64,000 nucleotides of DNA. It comes from an uncultured Actinomycetota bacterium. GTDB taxonomy: Bacteria; Actinomycetota; Acidimicrobiia; Spongiisociales; UBA4744. Numbering within the stretch: position 1 is the first letter of the stretch; the number at the start of each line of letters is the position of its first letter. Below the pieces are notes generated by a model. It worked only from the letters and a program-made list of their open reading frames with translations. It ran no database searches and was not told the DNA's origin. Location: positions 70,832-134,831 of the forward strand of contig CAVPPF010000005.1 of NCBI GenBank assembly GCA_963707435.1. The letters are read 5' to 3'. This document shows, one piece after another, positions 30,510-40,159 of the stretch. The translations under genes were made by a program, and so were the position numbers.

Positions 30510-31859
30510 TCACTCGTCGCCGACGGCTCCAAGCTCACCACGACTGATCTCGACCAATTCGTCGGCGATCGCGGCGGCTTCCGTGCCGGAAGAAGCTTCA
30601 ACCATGACCCGCACCAGCGACTCGGTTCCCGACGCCCGAACCAGAATGCGTCCCTCGTTCTGGAGGCGGGCCTCGGCATCGCGTACGGCCGCCCAGAGAA
30701 GCTCCGCCCCGTCGAGCTTGTGCTTGTCGGCAACATGAACATTGCGCAACACCTGGGGGTACTCGGTAATGGTTTCCTTGCGCAGCTCGCGAAGCTCTCT
30801 GCCACTCGACGCCATGACTTCGAGCAACCGCACCGCCGTGAGCAACCCGTCCCCGGTGCTGGCTCGATCGGCGAGAATGACGTGTCCGGACTGCTCTCCT
30901 CCGAGAACGGCCTTGTGCTCACGCATTGCTTCGAGCACGTACCGGTCACCTACCTGGGTCTCGACAACATCGATCTCGAGGCGCTCCATGGCCCTTCGGA
31001 AACCCAGGTTGGCCATCACCGTCGAGACGACGATGTTGTTCTTCAGTCGGCCCGCTTCTTTCATGTGCCGGGCGATGATGGCCATGATGACATCCCCGTT
31101 GGCAACCGCTCCGTCCTCATCTACCGCGATCAAGCGATCGGCGTCTCCATCGAATGAAAACCCGAGCCGGCCTTTGGCCCGGTCGGACAGATAGCGCGGG
31201 TGGGTGGCGCCGCATCCGGCGTTGATGTTCGTCCCATCGGGTTCCGCCGCAAACACCTCGACTTCGGCCTTGAGCCTGCGGAAGAGTTCGGGTGCGGTGC
31301 GATAGGCCGCCCCATTTGCGCAGTCCAGAGCGATGGAGATCCCCCGCAGGGTGTACGGCATCGACTCGCGGAGATGAGCCAGATAGCGGTCGTCGGCTTC
31401 TGCCATCCGGAAGGTGGTGCCGATTCCGTCGTCGATGGCGACTTTCCAGGGCGGCCCGCGCCGGATGCGCTGGTCGATACGGTCTTCCTCGTCATCGGAG
31501 AGCTTCGATCCATTCCGCCCGAGCAGCTTGATGCCGTTGTCCGCGGCCGGGTTGTGCGAGGCGGAAACCACCACGCCCAATGCCGAACGGGTATCGGAAG
31601 TGAGGAAGGCGATGCCGCCGGCGGGCAGTACGCCCACGTCGATCGTATCGATGCCGACCGATTGAAAACCGGCCTGGAGCGCGCTCGAGAGCATCTCACC
31701 GGATCGTCGGGTATCCCGGCCGACGAGAACCTGCCCGCCCGGTATGAATTCGCCTGCGGCGCGGCCAACGGCCATTGCGAGGTCCGCCGTCAATTCGACG
31801 TTGGCGCGGCCGCGGATCCCATCGGTTCCAAAGAGCCTGCGGCCTTCTGCCGGGAGCAT
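30510..31859 (-). CDS. glmM: Phosphoglucosamine mutase
   Basis: 449 aa. GTDGIRG start; phosphoserine loop SASHNP. Confidence 0.95.
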   Translation of the reverse strand: MLPAEGRRLFGTDGIRGRANVELTADLAMAVGRAAGEFIPGGQVLVGRDTRRSGEMLSSALQAGFQSVGIDTIDVGVLPAGGIAFLTSDTRSALGVVVSASHNPAADNGIKLLGRNGSKLSDDEEDRIDQRIRRGPPWKVAIDDGIGTTFRMAEADDRYLAHLRESMPYTLRGISIALDCANGAAYRTAPELFRRLKAEVEVFAAEPDGTNINAGCGATHPRYLSDRAKGRLGFSFDGDADRLIAVDEDGAVANGDVIMAIIARHMKEAGRLKNNIVVSTVMANLGFRRAMERLEIDVVETQVGDRYVLEAMREHKAVLGGEQSGHVILADRASTGDGLLTAVRLLEVMASSGRELRELRKETITEYPQVLRNVHVADKHKLDGAELLWAAVRDAEARLQNEGRILVRASGTESLVRVMVEASSGTEAAAIADELVEISRGELGAVGDE

Positions 31860-31861
31860 CC

Positions 31862-32254
31862 CTAGCGCTTGGTGTACTGCGGCGCCCGGCGAGCCTTGCG
31901 GAGCCCGTACTTCTTGCGTTCCACCCGCCGAGCATCGCGCCGCAGGAAGCCGGAGCGTTTCAGCAGGGGACGAAGGTCGGGGTCGATCGTGATCAGCGCC
32001 CGGGCAATGCCAAGCCGAAGAGCATCCGACTGGCCCGTCGTGCCGCCCCCGTGGAGGGTGGCGTGGATGTCGTAGCGGCCCTCGAGGGAGGCGACCCGGA
32101 CCGGCTCGAGTACACGGAGTCGCTGCGCCATTGCGGGGAAATAGTCCTCGAGTGTTTTGCCGTTGAGAACGACACTGCCGGTTCCGTCGTACAAGCGGAC
32201 ACGAGCGACCGACTCCTTGCGGCGACCGGTTGCCTGAACGAGCGGAGCTGTCAT
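31862..32254 (-). CDS. rpsI: 30S ribosomal protein S9
   Basis: 130 aa, ending RRAPQYTKR. Confidence 0.97.
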   Translation of the reverse strand: MTAPLVQATGRRKESVARVRLYDGTGSVVLNGKTLEDYFPAMAQRLRVLEPVRVASLEGRYDIHATLHGGGTTGQSDALRLGIARALITIDPDLRPLLKRSGFLRRDARRVERKKYGLRKARRAPQYTKR

Positions 32255-32712
32255 TGCGTTTCCACCTTTCGAATCTTCAAATCGAGGGGTTGGGGCGATT
32301 GGGCTCTATGAGGATGCTCGGGCCCGGCGTTGACCTTGAGCTTGCGCAGCATCTGCCTTCCCAAACGGTTCTTGGGGAGCATTCCGCGCACCGCCCGTTC
32401 GATGATCGTCTCCGGCCGGCGTTCCCGCAACGACTCGAAGCTCTCGGCTCGGAGGCCGCCCGGGTATCCGGAGTGCCGGTAGTAGATCTTGCCCTGGCTC
32501 TTGTCGGAGGTGACCGCCACCTTCTCGGCGTTGATCACAACGACGAAGTCTCCCGTATCCACATGAGGCGCCACGATCGGCTTGTGCTTGCCCCTGAGGA
32601 TCTGGGCGACTTCGGAGGCCAGGCGGCCGAGGGGTAGGTCGGTGGCATCGACCACGAACCAGGCGCGCTCGATGTCATCCGTTTTGGGCGAAAAAGTCTT
32701 TTGCAGCCGCAT
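32251..32712 (-). CDS. rplM: 50S ribosomal protein L13
   Basis: [23 protein letters not shown]... Start ATG 32712. Confidence 0.95.
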   Translation of the reverse strand: MRLQKTFSPKTDDIERAWFVVDATDLPLGRLASEVAQILRGKHKPIVAPHVDTGDFVVVINAEKVAVTSDKSQGKIYYRHSGYPGGLRAESFESLRERRPETIIERAVRGMLPKNRLGRQMLRKLKVNAGPEHPHRAQSPQPLDLKIRKVETQ

Positions 32713-32868
32713 CTGAACCTCGCGAAGAAAGGAGCCCCGGGATGCCGGAGCGGCCATATGGTAGGCGCGGAACCGTCCTTGTGGCAATTCGGTCCTGCGC
32801 CTCGTGTTAGGCGAAGAGCCGATTTCGCCCGGAAGCGCGGGCCAACCCCGGAAGCCGGACGCAGCTTG

Positions 32869-33552
32869 CTACGGGAGCAGTCCGGTCAGCTCCGCGATGT
32901 TCTTGATCGACAGCTGCCCCGGTGGTGCCAATTCCAGCGGGTCGATCAGGACGGCTGCAGCCAATCCGGCGGCTTGAGCGCCACCGACGTCGTGGTAATA
33001 GGAGTCGCCCACATACCAGGCGCGATCTGGTGACACCGCCAGTTCCCCAAGTGCCAGATCGAAGATCCCCGGGTCGGGTTTCGATATTCCAACGGTTGTC
33101 GAGTCGATCACGAGCTCGAACAGGTCCCCAAAACCGGCCCGTTCGAGGGCCGCGGCGACGGTCCCGTCGGAGTTGGAGACCACTGCAACCCGATACCCGC
33201 CGGCGATGAGGCTGCGAACGGTCTCCTGCGCTCCCGGAATGGGGTGATGCCACATGTTCGTACCGCCTCCGAACGCATCTGCCATCTCGTTGGTGAGAGA
33301 AACTTCGGCCAGCTCAAAGAAGCGGTTCACCCACCAGCGAAACTCCGATGCCGCTCCGCTCCGGAGCCGGTCGGCATAGTCCGACATCGCCCGGAAGTGA
33401 GCTCCGACGAGACGGTCCGGTTGCACGGCCGGTCGATCCCAATCGGCCAGGAAACGATTGAACCGGTCGGGATGGATCAAGACCAGGGTTCCGCCTGCAT
33501 CGAAGAGCACCAGTTCGGGCCGGAACCCGGGTATCGAGGGCTCAGGTTTCAT
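32869..33552 (-). CDS. HAD-superfamily hydrolase
   Basis: Motif I LVLFDAGGTL; motif IV YVGDSYYHDVGGA. Confidence 0.75.
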   Translation of the reverse strand: MKPEPSIPGFRPELVLFDAGGTLVLIHPDRFNRFLADWDRPAVQPDRLVGAHFRAMSDYADRLRSGAASEFRWWVNRFFELAEVSLTNEMADAFGGGTNMWHHPIPGAQETVRSLIAGGYRVAVVSNSDGTVAAALERAGFGDLFELVIDSTTVGISKPDPGIFDLALGELAVSPDRAWYVGDSYYHDVGGAQAAGLAAAVLIDPLELAPPGQLSIKNIAELTGLLP

Positions 33553-34282
33553 ACTCCACCTCCCAGAGGGTCAAGCCCTGAGGTGGTGCAGCGCCGCACG
33601 ATTGATTCCGATCCCGGGCCGACAGGATGTCCGGAACTGTTTCGGGATGAAGCCTCCTCCGCCCGGCCTCGACGCACAGAGCTACCAGCGATCGCACCAT
33701 ATGGCGACAGAACGAAGACGCCGTGATCTCGAATACCAGGTGGCCGTCTGCGAGATCTCTCGCCCAGTCGACACTCAGAACGGTGCGCTCCGTCGAGCGC
33801 CCGTCGGCTCTGCGGCAGAACGATGCAAAATCGTGCAGACCTAAGAAGTAGGCGGCGGCCGCGTTCATCAGGGAGAGGTCGAGCTGGTAGCCGACGTGCC
33901 AGACCATGTGGCGGATGAGGGGATCGAGCAACGGGACGTTCGCCAACCGGTACCGGTAGGTGCGCGAGATCGCCGAGAACCGGGCGTTGAAGTTGTCGGG
34001 AACCTGGCGGCATCCCCAGATGACGATTTCGTCTCGGACCATCTTGTTCAACGACCGGGCGGTGCGGCCCGCATCGAGGTCCCCGGAGGTCGCAAAGCTG
34101 ACGACCTGGCCGCGGGCGTGAACGCCGGCATCGGTCCTCCCGGCGACGGTGGTTTCGAGCGGACCGGTGATCCGGAACAGGGCCTCTTCCAGAACCTCTT
34201 GAACGGTACGAACACCCTTCTGCTTTGCGTAGCCGGAGAACCCGGAGCCGTCGTAGCCGAGGTCCAGGCGATAGGTCGGCAC
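33542..34282 (-). CDS. truA: tRNA pseudouridine(38-40) synthase
   Basis: YRLDLGYDGSGFSGYAKQ...GRTDAGVHARGQV. Start GTG 34282, just after the upstream gene's stop. Confidence 0.88.
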   Translation of the reverse strand: MPTYRLDLGYDGSGFSGYAKQKGVRTVQEVLEEALFRITGPLETTVAGRTDAGVHARGQVVSFATSGDLDAGRTARSLNKMVRDEIVIWGCRQVPDNFNARFSAISRTYRYRLANVPLLDPLIRHMVWHVGYQLDLSLMNAAAAYFLGLHDFASFCRRADGRSTERTVLSVDWARDLADGHLVFEITASSFCRHMVRSLVALCVEAGRRRLHPETVPDILSARDRNQSCGAAPPQGLTLWEVEYET

Positions 34283-34286
34283 GGGT

Positions 34287-34823
34287 CTAGAAGAACCGGA
34301 AGATCTGGGCGAGATCCCCGCCGATGCCGATGAGCTGAAGTACCCACCAGAGGGCGATGGCCAGCAAAGCCGAGAGCGACGCCTGCCGGAGGTCGAGATC
34401 GAACAGGGCCCGCGCGGCGACCGCCAGCGTGGCTCCAAACCACACCAGGGCAACGAGGATGATCACTTGCACAAAGGCCGAAGGGACGAAGAAAGCAACC
34501 GTGAGCAAGAGCAGCGGCGTGTGCGAGAAGCCGGTCAAACGGACTGCGGTAGCGCCGGTGCCGTGGCCGTTGAACACCTTGGTGCCTGCCAGCCACAACC
34601 CTCCGCCGACAACCAGCCAGCCGACCACGCCGCCGAGCATGAACCAGAGCGCGCCGATCAGGTCGAACTTCACACTCGTGCCGGTGATGAGCCCGACGAA
34701 GATGACGCCGTACACGAGCACCACCGCGAGTACCGAGTTGCCGGCTGCATAGCTGTCGAAGAACAGCTCCGTATAGAGCTTCTTGTCGAGCCGGGCGGCG
34801 CGGAGCATCTGGTTGATGAGCAT
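34287..34823 (-). CDS. Yip1-family integral membrane protein
   Basis: Five predicted TM helices. MLINQMLRAARLDKKLYTELFFDSY... Alternative GTG start at 34880. Confidence 0.7.
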   Translation of the reverse strand: MLINQMLRAARLDKKLYTELFFDSYAAGNSVLAVVLVYGVIFVGLITGTSVKFDLIGALWFMLGGVVGWLVVGGGLWLAGTKVFNGHGTGATAVRLTGFSHTPLLLLTVAFFVPSAFVQVIILVALVWFGATLAVAARALFDLDLRQASLSALLAIALWWVLQLIGIGGDLAQIFRFF

Positions 34824-34935
34824 CGGGCTCCTTTCGCCAATCGAGGGTAGTCGGAAACCAGCGGCCGGTAGCCGGCACACGATCCTCGCGACCCGGCACC
34901 CGGCACCCGGTACCTGGAAACTGGGAAACGGCGAC

Positions 34936-35487
34936 TCAGTTGCGAGGAACGAGCAGCTTGCCGGCCGGCCGGCTCAGACTCGGGCGGTCCTTCCATGCGG
35001 CCACTTCTTCCAGGGCGAACCACCGGACCCCGGTCGTTCCATCACCGGCCGTTGCGTTCGGCGAGCCGGCGATGAACCCGAAACGGACGTCGAGGTGGTC
35101 GTGGGCAGGACCGTCCTCTCGTGACGGGAACCGGTGCACGTCGAGATCGAGAAGGCCGAATGCTTGCAGTTCCTCGAGTCCGGTTTCCTCGACCACCTCG
35201 CGGCGGGCCGCTGTCTCGAGATCCGTATCGCCCGGCTCGACATGCCCGCCCGGTTGCAGCCATTCTTTGAGCTTCGTGTGGTGTACCAGGAGCAGAGAAC
35301 GCCGGTCCGGCGAGACCACGAACCCGCTGGCGGTGAAGTGGCCGGGATTGAAGTGGAACCGCGAGAGAGCAGCACCGGACGTGTCCAGGAGAGCCAGCAT
35401 CGCATCGAGATAGCCGGACTCGAGATCGTCCAAGGGTTGGTGAGCAGCGAGCAGCGATCGAAGCGAAGCCAGACGTGGATCAGTCAT
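34936..35487 (-). CDS. NUDIX hydrolase
   Basis: Nudix box GGHVEPGDTDLETAARREVVEETG. Confidence 0.8.
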   Translation of the reverse strand: MTDPRLASLRSLLAAHQPLDDLESGYLDAMLALLDTSGAALSRFHFNPGHFTASGFVVSPDRRSLLLVHHTKLKEWLQPGGHVEPGDTDLETAARREVVEETGLEELQAFGLLDLDVHRFPSREDGPAHDHLDVRFGFIAGSPNATAGDGTTGVRWFALEEVAAWKDRPSLSRPAGKLLVPRN

Positions 35488-35526
35488 CAGTCATCAGCCG
35501 TGGTTCTCCTACCTCAGCCCGAATAC

Positions 35527-35596
35527 CGAAGAGGAAGGGCCGGCCGCAGGCCGGCGAGTGAGACCGAAGAACGAAAGGGCGGCCCGCAGGCCGCCC
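35527..35596 (-). terminator. Two tandem GC hairpins downstream of rplQ (end of the alpha operon). The first is followed by a T-rich tract
   Basis: GGGCGGCC-ugcg-GGCCGCCC then UUUCGUUCUU. Second GCCGGCC-ugc-GGCCGGC. Confidence 0.6.
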
Positions 35597-35622
35597 GACC
35601 GACAACTGCTTGCGCAACGAGC

Positions 35623-35973
35623 TCAGACGAGTTCGATCATTGCCATTTCGGCGCTGTCGCCCCGGCGCGGACCGATCCGAACGATCCGGGTGTAGCCCCC
35701 CTGGCGATCGGTGTAGCGGGGTGCGATGTCGTCGAAGAGCTTCGTGACGATCTCGGCGTCCTCGATCACTTTCAGGATCTCGCGACGAGCGTGCAGATCG
35801 CCCTTGCGTGCCTTGGTGATCAGCTTCTCGGCCAGCGGCCGCACCGACTTGGCGCGGGTGACCGTGGTCGTGATCTGCTCTTCCCAGAAAAGCGAACCGG
35901 CGAGGTTCGCCATCATGGCCTTCTCCTGAGAGGGGCCTCCTCCCAGGCGAGTGCCTTTGCGAGGGCGGGGCAT
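35623..35973 (-). CDS. rplQ: 50S ribosomal protein L17
   Basis: 116 aa. [12 protein letters not shown]... Confidence 0.96.
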   Translation of the reverse strand: MPRPRKGTRLGGGPSQEKAMMANLAGSLFWEEQITTTVTRAKSVRPLAEKLITKARKGDLHARREILKVIEDAEIVTKLFDDIAPRYTDRQGGYTRIVRIGPRRGDSAEMAMIELV

Positions 35974-36920
35974 TACTCGGTCTCCTCGTCCTGAACTGAA
36001 TGGAGGCTGAGGCCGAGCTCGTCGAGCTTGGCGGTTACCTCTTCCAGGCTCTTCTGGCCGAAGTTGGTGATGTTGAGGAGATCGTCGGGGCTCTTGACGA
36101 CCAGCTCGCCCACCGTCTTGATCTGGGCGCGTCGCAGGCAGTTGCGGGGACGCTCGGAAAGGTCGAGTGCCTCGATGGGGAGATCAAGGTCGGGGGACGA
36201 CGACTCGGTCACGGCCACGTCACCCAGCTCCAGCCCGACGCCCTCGCCCATATCAGCAAAGAGACCGAGGAGCTCGCGCAGGGTCTTGCCTGCGGACGAG
36301 ACCGCCTCAGCCGGTTCAACGGAACCGTTCGTGTCGACATCGAGCACCAGGCGGTCGAAGTTGGTCATCTGGCCGACCTGGGTGCTCTCGACCCGGTAGG
36401 CGACCTTGCGGACCGGGGAGAAGATCGAATCGATCGGGAGTACCCCGATCACGTCGCCGGCCTTGTTCTTCTCAGCGGTGCGATATCCGACCCCGCGCTC
36501 GACGGTCATCTCGACTTCGAGCTGGCCACCCGCCGACAGTGTGGCAAGGTGCAGACCGGGGTTGACGATCTCAACCCCCGCAGGCGTCTTGATGTCACCG
36601 GCCTTCACTTCTCCCGATCCTTTGGCGGACAGGTACAGGGTCTGGGGTTCTAGTTCCTCGGTTCTGACCACGACCTGCTTCATATTGAGAATGATGTCGA
36701 CCACATCCTCAACCACGCCTTCGATGGTGGTGAACTCGTGCTGCACGCCCTCGATCTGGAGGGAGGTGATGGCGGCGCCGGGAATCCGGGCCAGCAACGT
36801 GCGGCGGAGCGTATTGCCGAGCGTATAGCCGAAGCCCGGCTCGAGTGGTTCGACGACGAACCTCGAACGATGCTCGGCTACCGGCTGTTCTTCTATCTGT
36901 GGGCGTTGGACGATCAACAC
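35973..36920 (-). CDS. rpoA: DNA-directed RNA polymerase subunit alpha
   Basis: 315 aa. [11 protein letters not shown]... with alpha-CTD. Confidence 0.97.
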   Translation of the reverse strand: MLIVQRPQIEEQPVAEHRSRFVVEPLEPGFGYTLGNTLRRTLLARIPGAAITSLQIEGVQHEFTTIEGVVEDVVDIILNMKQVVVRTEELEPQTLYLSAKGSGEVKAGDIKTPAGVEIVNPGLHLATLSAGGQLEVEMTVERGVGYRTAEKNKAGDVIGVLPIDSIFSPVRKVAYRVESTQVGQMTNFDRLVLDVDTNGSVEPAEAVSSAGKTLRELLGLFADMGEGVGLELGDVAVTESSSPDLDLPIEALDLSERPRNCLRRAQIKTVGELVVKSPDDLLNITNFGQKSLEEVTAKLDELGLSLHSVQDEETE

Positions 36921-36950
36921 TCTGGGTTTCCCCTTCTTCTTTTGTGAGAG

Positions 36951-37556
36951 CTACTTCGAGTAGAGCTCGACGATGAGCTGTTCTTGAATCGGGGTGTCGA
37001 TCTGTGCTCGGTTCGGCAACGCGAGGACCGCAATCCTGCGATCGTCGGCGTTGACGTCGAGCCATTCCGGGAGGGCGTGATCGAGCGTGTCTACGGAATG
37101 CTGCACGATGATCAGATCACGGCTGCGCTCTTTGAGCGTGACCACATCACCTTCCCGTACCTGAAACGACGGAATATCGACTTTCTTGCCGTTGACCTGG
37201 AAGTGGCCATGGTTGACCAGTTGGCGGGCCTGCGGCCGGGTCGCGGCGAGACCCGAGCGGTAGACAACGTTGTCGAGACGGCTTTCGAGAATCCGCAAGA
37301 GATTGTCGCCGGTGATCCCGACCTGCTGGGCAGCCTGCTTGTAGTAGCGGCGGAACTGGCGCTCGAGGACTCCGTACATCGCACGGAGCTTCTGCTTTTC
37401 CCGAAGCTGGATGAGGTAGTCGCTCTCCCGCACACGGCCGCGGCCGTGTTCGCCCGGCGGATAGGGACGCTTATCGGCTGCGCACTTCTTCGACTGGCAG
37501 AGCGGTTGCCGTGCCCGACGACACTGCTTGTGAGTTGGTCCGGTATAGCGTGCCAT
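36951..37556 (-). CDS. rpsD: 30S ribosomal protein S4
   Basis: 201 aa. MARYTGP... Confidence 0.97.
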   Translation of the reverse strand: MARYTGPTHKQCRRARQPLCQSKKCAADKRPYPPGEHGRGRVRESDYLIQLREKQKLRAMYGVLERQFRRYYKQAAQQVGITGDNLLRILESRLDNVVYRSGLAATRPQARQLVNHGHFQVNGKKVDIPSFQVREGDVVTLKERSRDLIIVQHSVDTLDHALPEWLDVNADDRRIAVLALPNRAQIDTPIQEQLIVELYSK

Positions 37557-37557
37557 C

Positions 37558-37956
37558 TCAACCCCTCCGGCGTTTCTTGAGGCGAACGCCGTTGTGCGGT
37601 ATCGGCGTGATATCTCGAATCCCGGAAATCTCCATACCCATGTTCTGGAGGGTCCGGACCGCGGTCTCTCGACCGCCCCCGTTGCCGGAGACGATCACGT
37701 CGAGCTTGCGAACGCCGTGCTCACCGGCCCGGCGGGCAGCCTCTTCCGCGGCCACCTGGGCGGCGTACGGCGTCGACTTGCGGGAACCCTTGAAACCGAC
37801 CGATCCACCGGAGGTCCACACGATCGTGTTTCCTCCGACATCGGTGATATTGATGATGGTGTTATTGAAGCTGGCCGTGATGTGCGCCTGCCCGTGGCTG
37901 ATGTTCTTTCGCTCGCGGCGGCGGACCCGCTTCTGTTGTTGTTCTGCCAACTTCAA
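37558..37956 (-). CDS. rpsK: 30S ribosomal protein S11
   Basis: [18 protein letters not shown] start. Confidence 0.95.
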   Translation of the reverse strand: MKLAEQQQKRVRRRERKNISHGQAHITASFNNTIINITDVGGNTIVWTSGGSVGFKGSRKSTPYAAQVAAEEAARRAGEHGVRKLDVIVSGNGGGRETAVRTLQNMGMEISGIRDITPIPHNGVRLKKRRRG

Positions 37957-37959
37957 CCC

Positions 37960-38337
37960 CTACTTCGTGACCTTTTTCTTGCCGGCAATCGCCATCCGGC
38001 GACCCTTGCGAGTCCGGGCGTTGGTGTGGGTGCGCTGCCCGCGCACGGGAAGCCCGCGACGGTGGCGCACACCCTGATAGGAACCAATCTCCACTTTCCG
38101 CTTGATGTTCTGGGCGACTTCGCGACGAAGGTCACCCTCGATCTGAAAGTTCTGCTCGAGGAACCGCCGGATGCGAACGACCTCATCGTCGGTGAGGTCT
38201 CGCACTTTGGTCCCGCGGTCGATGTCGATGTTGTCGCAAATCTGGTGTGCCCGGGTCTGGCCGATTCCATAGATGTACGTGAGGGCGATTTCCAGTCTCT
38301 TCTCCCGGGGAAGATCAACACCTGCAATACGAGCCAT
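37960..38337 (-). CDS. rpsM: 30S ribosomal protein S13
   Basis: 125 aa. [10 protein letters not shown]... Confidence 0.96.
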   Translation of the reverse strand: MARIAGVDLPREKRLEIALTYIYGIGQTRAHQICDNIDIDRGTKVRDLTDDEVVRIRRFLEQNFQIEGDLRREVAQNIKRKVEIGSYQGVRHRRGLPVRGQRTHTNARTRKGRRMAIAGKKKVTK

Positions 38338-38341
38338 CCAA

Positions 38342-38455
38342 CTACCCCTGACGCTGCTTGTGACGCGGATTCGAGCAGATCACCCAAACGCGACCATGTC
38401 GCCGGATGATTCGGCACTTCTCACACATCTTCTTTGTCGAAGGACGAACCTTCAT
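38342..38455 (-). CDS. rpmJ: 50S ribosomal protein L36
   Basis: [37 protein letters not shown] (37 aa, Zn-ribbon). ATG at 38455. Confidence 0.9.
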   Translation of the reverse strand: MKVRPSTKKMCEKCRIIRRHGRVWVICSNPRHKQRQG

Positions 38456-38644
38456 GACGTTCTCCAACTCGTGCTCGACCGACCAGGCCGAACGCCCTCT
38501 TTTCAGGGGGTTCCGGTCCGCCATCCAACCCGCCCAGAACCATTTCCGGGACGCAGTGAGATGATGGATTCCGCATCGCGATCGCGCAAGCGCTCTTCGA
38601 CACGGGCACCCTGAGATCGGCCCAAGCGGACCGAGTACACAAGA

Positions 38645-39433
38645 CTAGCCATGTGGGGGCGCTACGGCCAAATCGTCCTCTGCGCCGCTCAGCAGCGTCA
38701 TGATCCGGGGTCCATCGCCGGTGATAGCGATGGTGTGCTCGAAGTGCACCGAGACGCTCCCATCCGCGGTGACAACGGTCCAGCCGTCCGGTTCAACGGC
38801 GGTTTCGTGACCGCCGAGGTTGAACATCGGCTCGATACAGATGGCCATCCCTTTCTTGAGCTTGGCCCCGGTTCCGGGTTTTCCATAGTTGGGTACCTGG
38901 GGGTCTTCATGCATCTGCCTGCCAATGCCGTGCCCCACGTACTCCCGGACGACACCAAAGCCGTGCCGGGCTGCTTCGCTTTCCACGGCATGGCCGATAT
39001 CGCCCAGCCGGGCGCCGGCTTTCACCTGGGCTATTCCGGCGGCAAGGGCTCGCTCGGTTGTGTCGATGAGGAGTTGAATCTCCGGCGATACTTCTCCGAT
39101 CGGAAAGGTGATCGCCGCGTCGCCGTGGAACCCTTCGAAAATGGCGCCCGCGTCGATGGACAGGACGTCACCCGATTTCAACCGATAGTCGGAAGGAATC
39201 CCGTGCACAATCACGTTGTTGGGCGAGGTGCAAATGTTCGCCGGGTAGCCGTGGTAGCCGAGGAAGGAGGGAGTGCAGCCACGAGACCGAATCACCTCGG
39301 CAGCTATGGCATCCAGTTCGAGCAGCGAAACACCCGGTGCCGCCGCCTGCTTCACCGTCGTGAGTACTGCGGCCACGGTCCGACCGGCCACCGCCATTTT
39401 CTCGAACTCTTTGCGGCTCTTGATGGTGATCAC
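38645..39433 (-). CDS. map: Methionine aminopeptidase, type I
   Basis: 262 aa. Metal ligands in DAGAIFEGFHGD...HGIG...EPM. Confidence 0.95.
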   Translation of the reverse strand: MITIKSRKEFEKMAVAGRTVAAVLTTVKQAAAPGVSLLELDAIAAEVIRSRGCTPSFLGYHGYPANICTSPNNVIVHGIPSDYRLKSGDVLSIDAGAIFEGFHGDAAITFPIGEVSPEIQLLIDTTERALAAGIAQVKAGARLGDIGHAVESEAARHGFGVVREYVGHGIGRQMHEDPQVPNYGKPGTGAKLKKGMAICIEPMFNLGGHETAVEPDGWTVVTADGSVSVHFEHTIAITGDGPRIMTLLSGAEDDLAVAPPHG

Positions 39434-40062
39434 GCGCGGACGGCTTCCAGAATCTGCTCGGTGATCTCCGGGATCGATCCCAGGGCCTTGATCTCAACAA
39501 TGAGATCCCGCTCCTCGTAGAAGGCGATCAACGGTTCGGTCTCGAGCCGGTAAACCGCCAGCCGGTTCCTGATGACTGCTTCAGCGTCGTCCGCCCGCTG
39601 CTCGAGAGGCTCGCCGTCCACATCACACACCCCGGGCCGGGCAGGCGGACGATCATCAACGTGGTACGTGTGACCGTAGGCGCAACCCCGGCGGCCGCCG
39701 ATGCGCCTGACGACCTCATCCTCGTCAACGACGAACACCGCAACCCGGTCGATCCTTCCGGCCGGCGATGACTCCAGGGCGTGAGCCTGCGTCAGGTTCC
39801 GGGGGAATCCGTCCAGGATGAAACCGGCGGCAGCATCTTCGGCGGCGATCCGCTCGGTGAGCATCGCGACGACGAGCTCATCGGGGACGAGATTGCCGGC
39901 ATCCATGCGCCTCGAGGCCTTTTCCCCGAGTTCCGTGCCCGCCGCAATCTGCACGCGCAACATGTCCCCGGTGGAGATATGGGGCACATGGAGAGCCTCG
40001 GCGACCCGTTTGGCCTGCGTACCCTTGCCCGCTCCTGGTGGTCCGAGAAAGATGAGTCTCAC
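39430..40062 (-). CDS. adk: Adenylate kinase
   Basis: MRLIFLGPPGAGKGTQA... Confidence 0.96.
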   Translation of the reverse strand: MRLIFLGPPGAGKGTQAKRVAEALHVPHISTGDMLRVQIAAGTELGEKASRRMDAGNLVPDELVVAMLTERIAAEDAAAGFILDGFPRNLTQAHALESSPAGRIDRVAVFVVDEDEVVRRIGGRRGCAYGHTYHVDDRPPARPGVCDVDGEPLEQRADDAEAVIRNRLAVYRLETEPLIAFYEERDLIVEIKALGSIPEITEQILEAVRA

Positions 40063-40084
40063 AGAAGGTGTCCCGCTTCACTCG

Positions 40085-40150
40085 ACACGTACTACGTACC
40101 TCGTACCTCGTACCTGGTACCCACGACGAAGCACGGAATACGAAGTACGT
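40085..40150. repeat. Heptamer-periodic array (NNNGTAC)x about 9 in the adk-secY spacer
   Basis: cacgtac tacgtac ctcgtac ctcgtac ctggtac ccacgac gaagcac ggaatac gaagtac. Confidence 0.85.
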
Positions 40151-40159
40151 GGAGTGGGC

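Noticed and set aside
38421-38642. 73-aa ORF in the map-rpmJ spacer as infA
   Set aside because: The translation ([27 protein letters not shown]...) has no similarity to IF-1 and no S1-like OB-fold signature.
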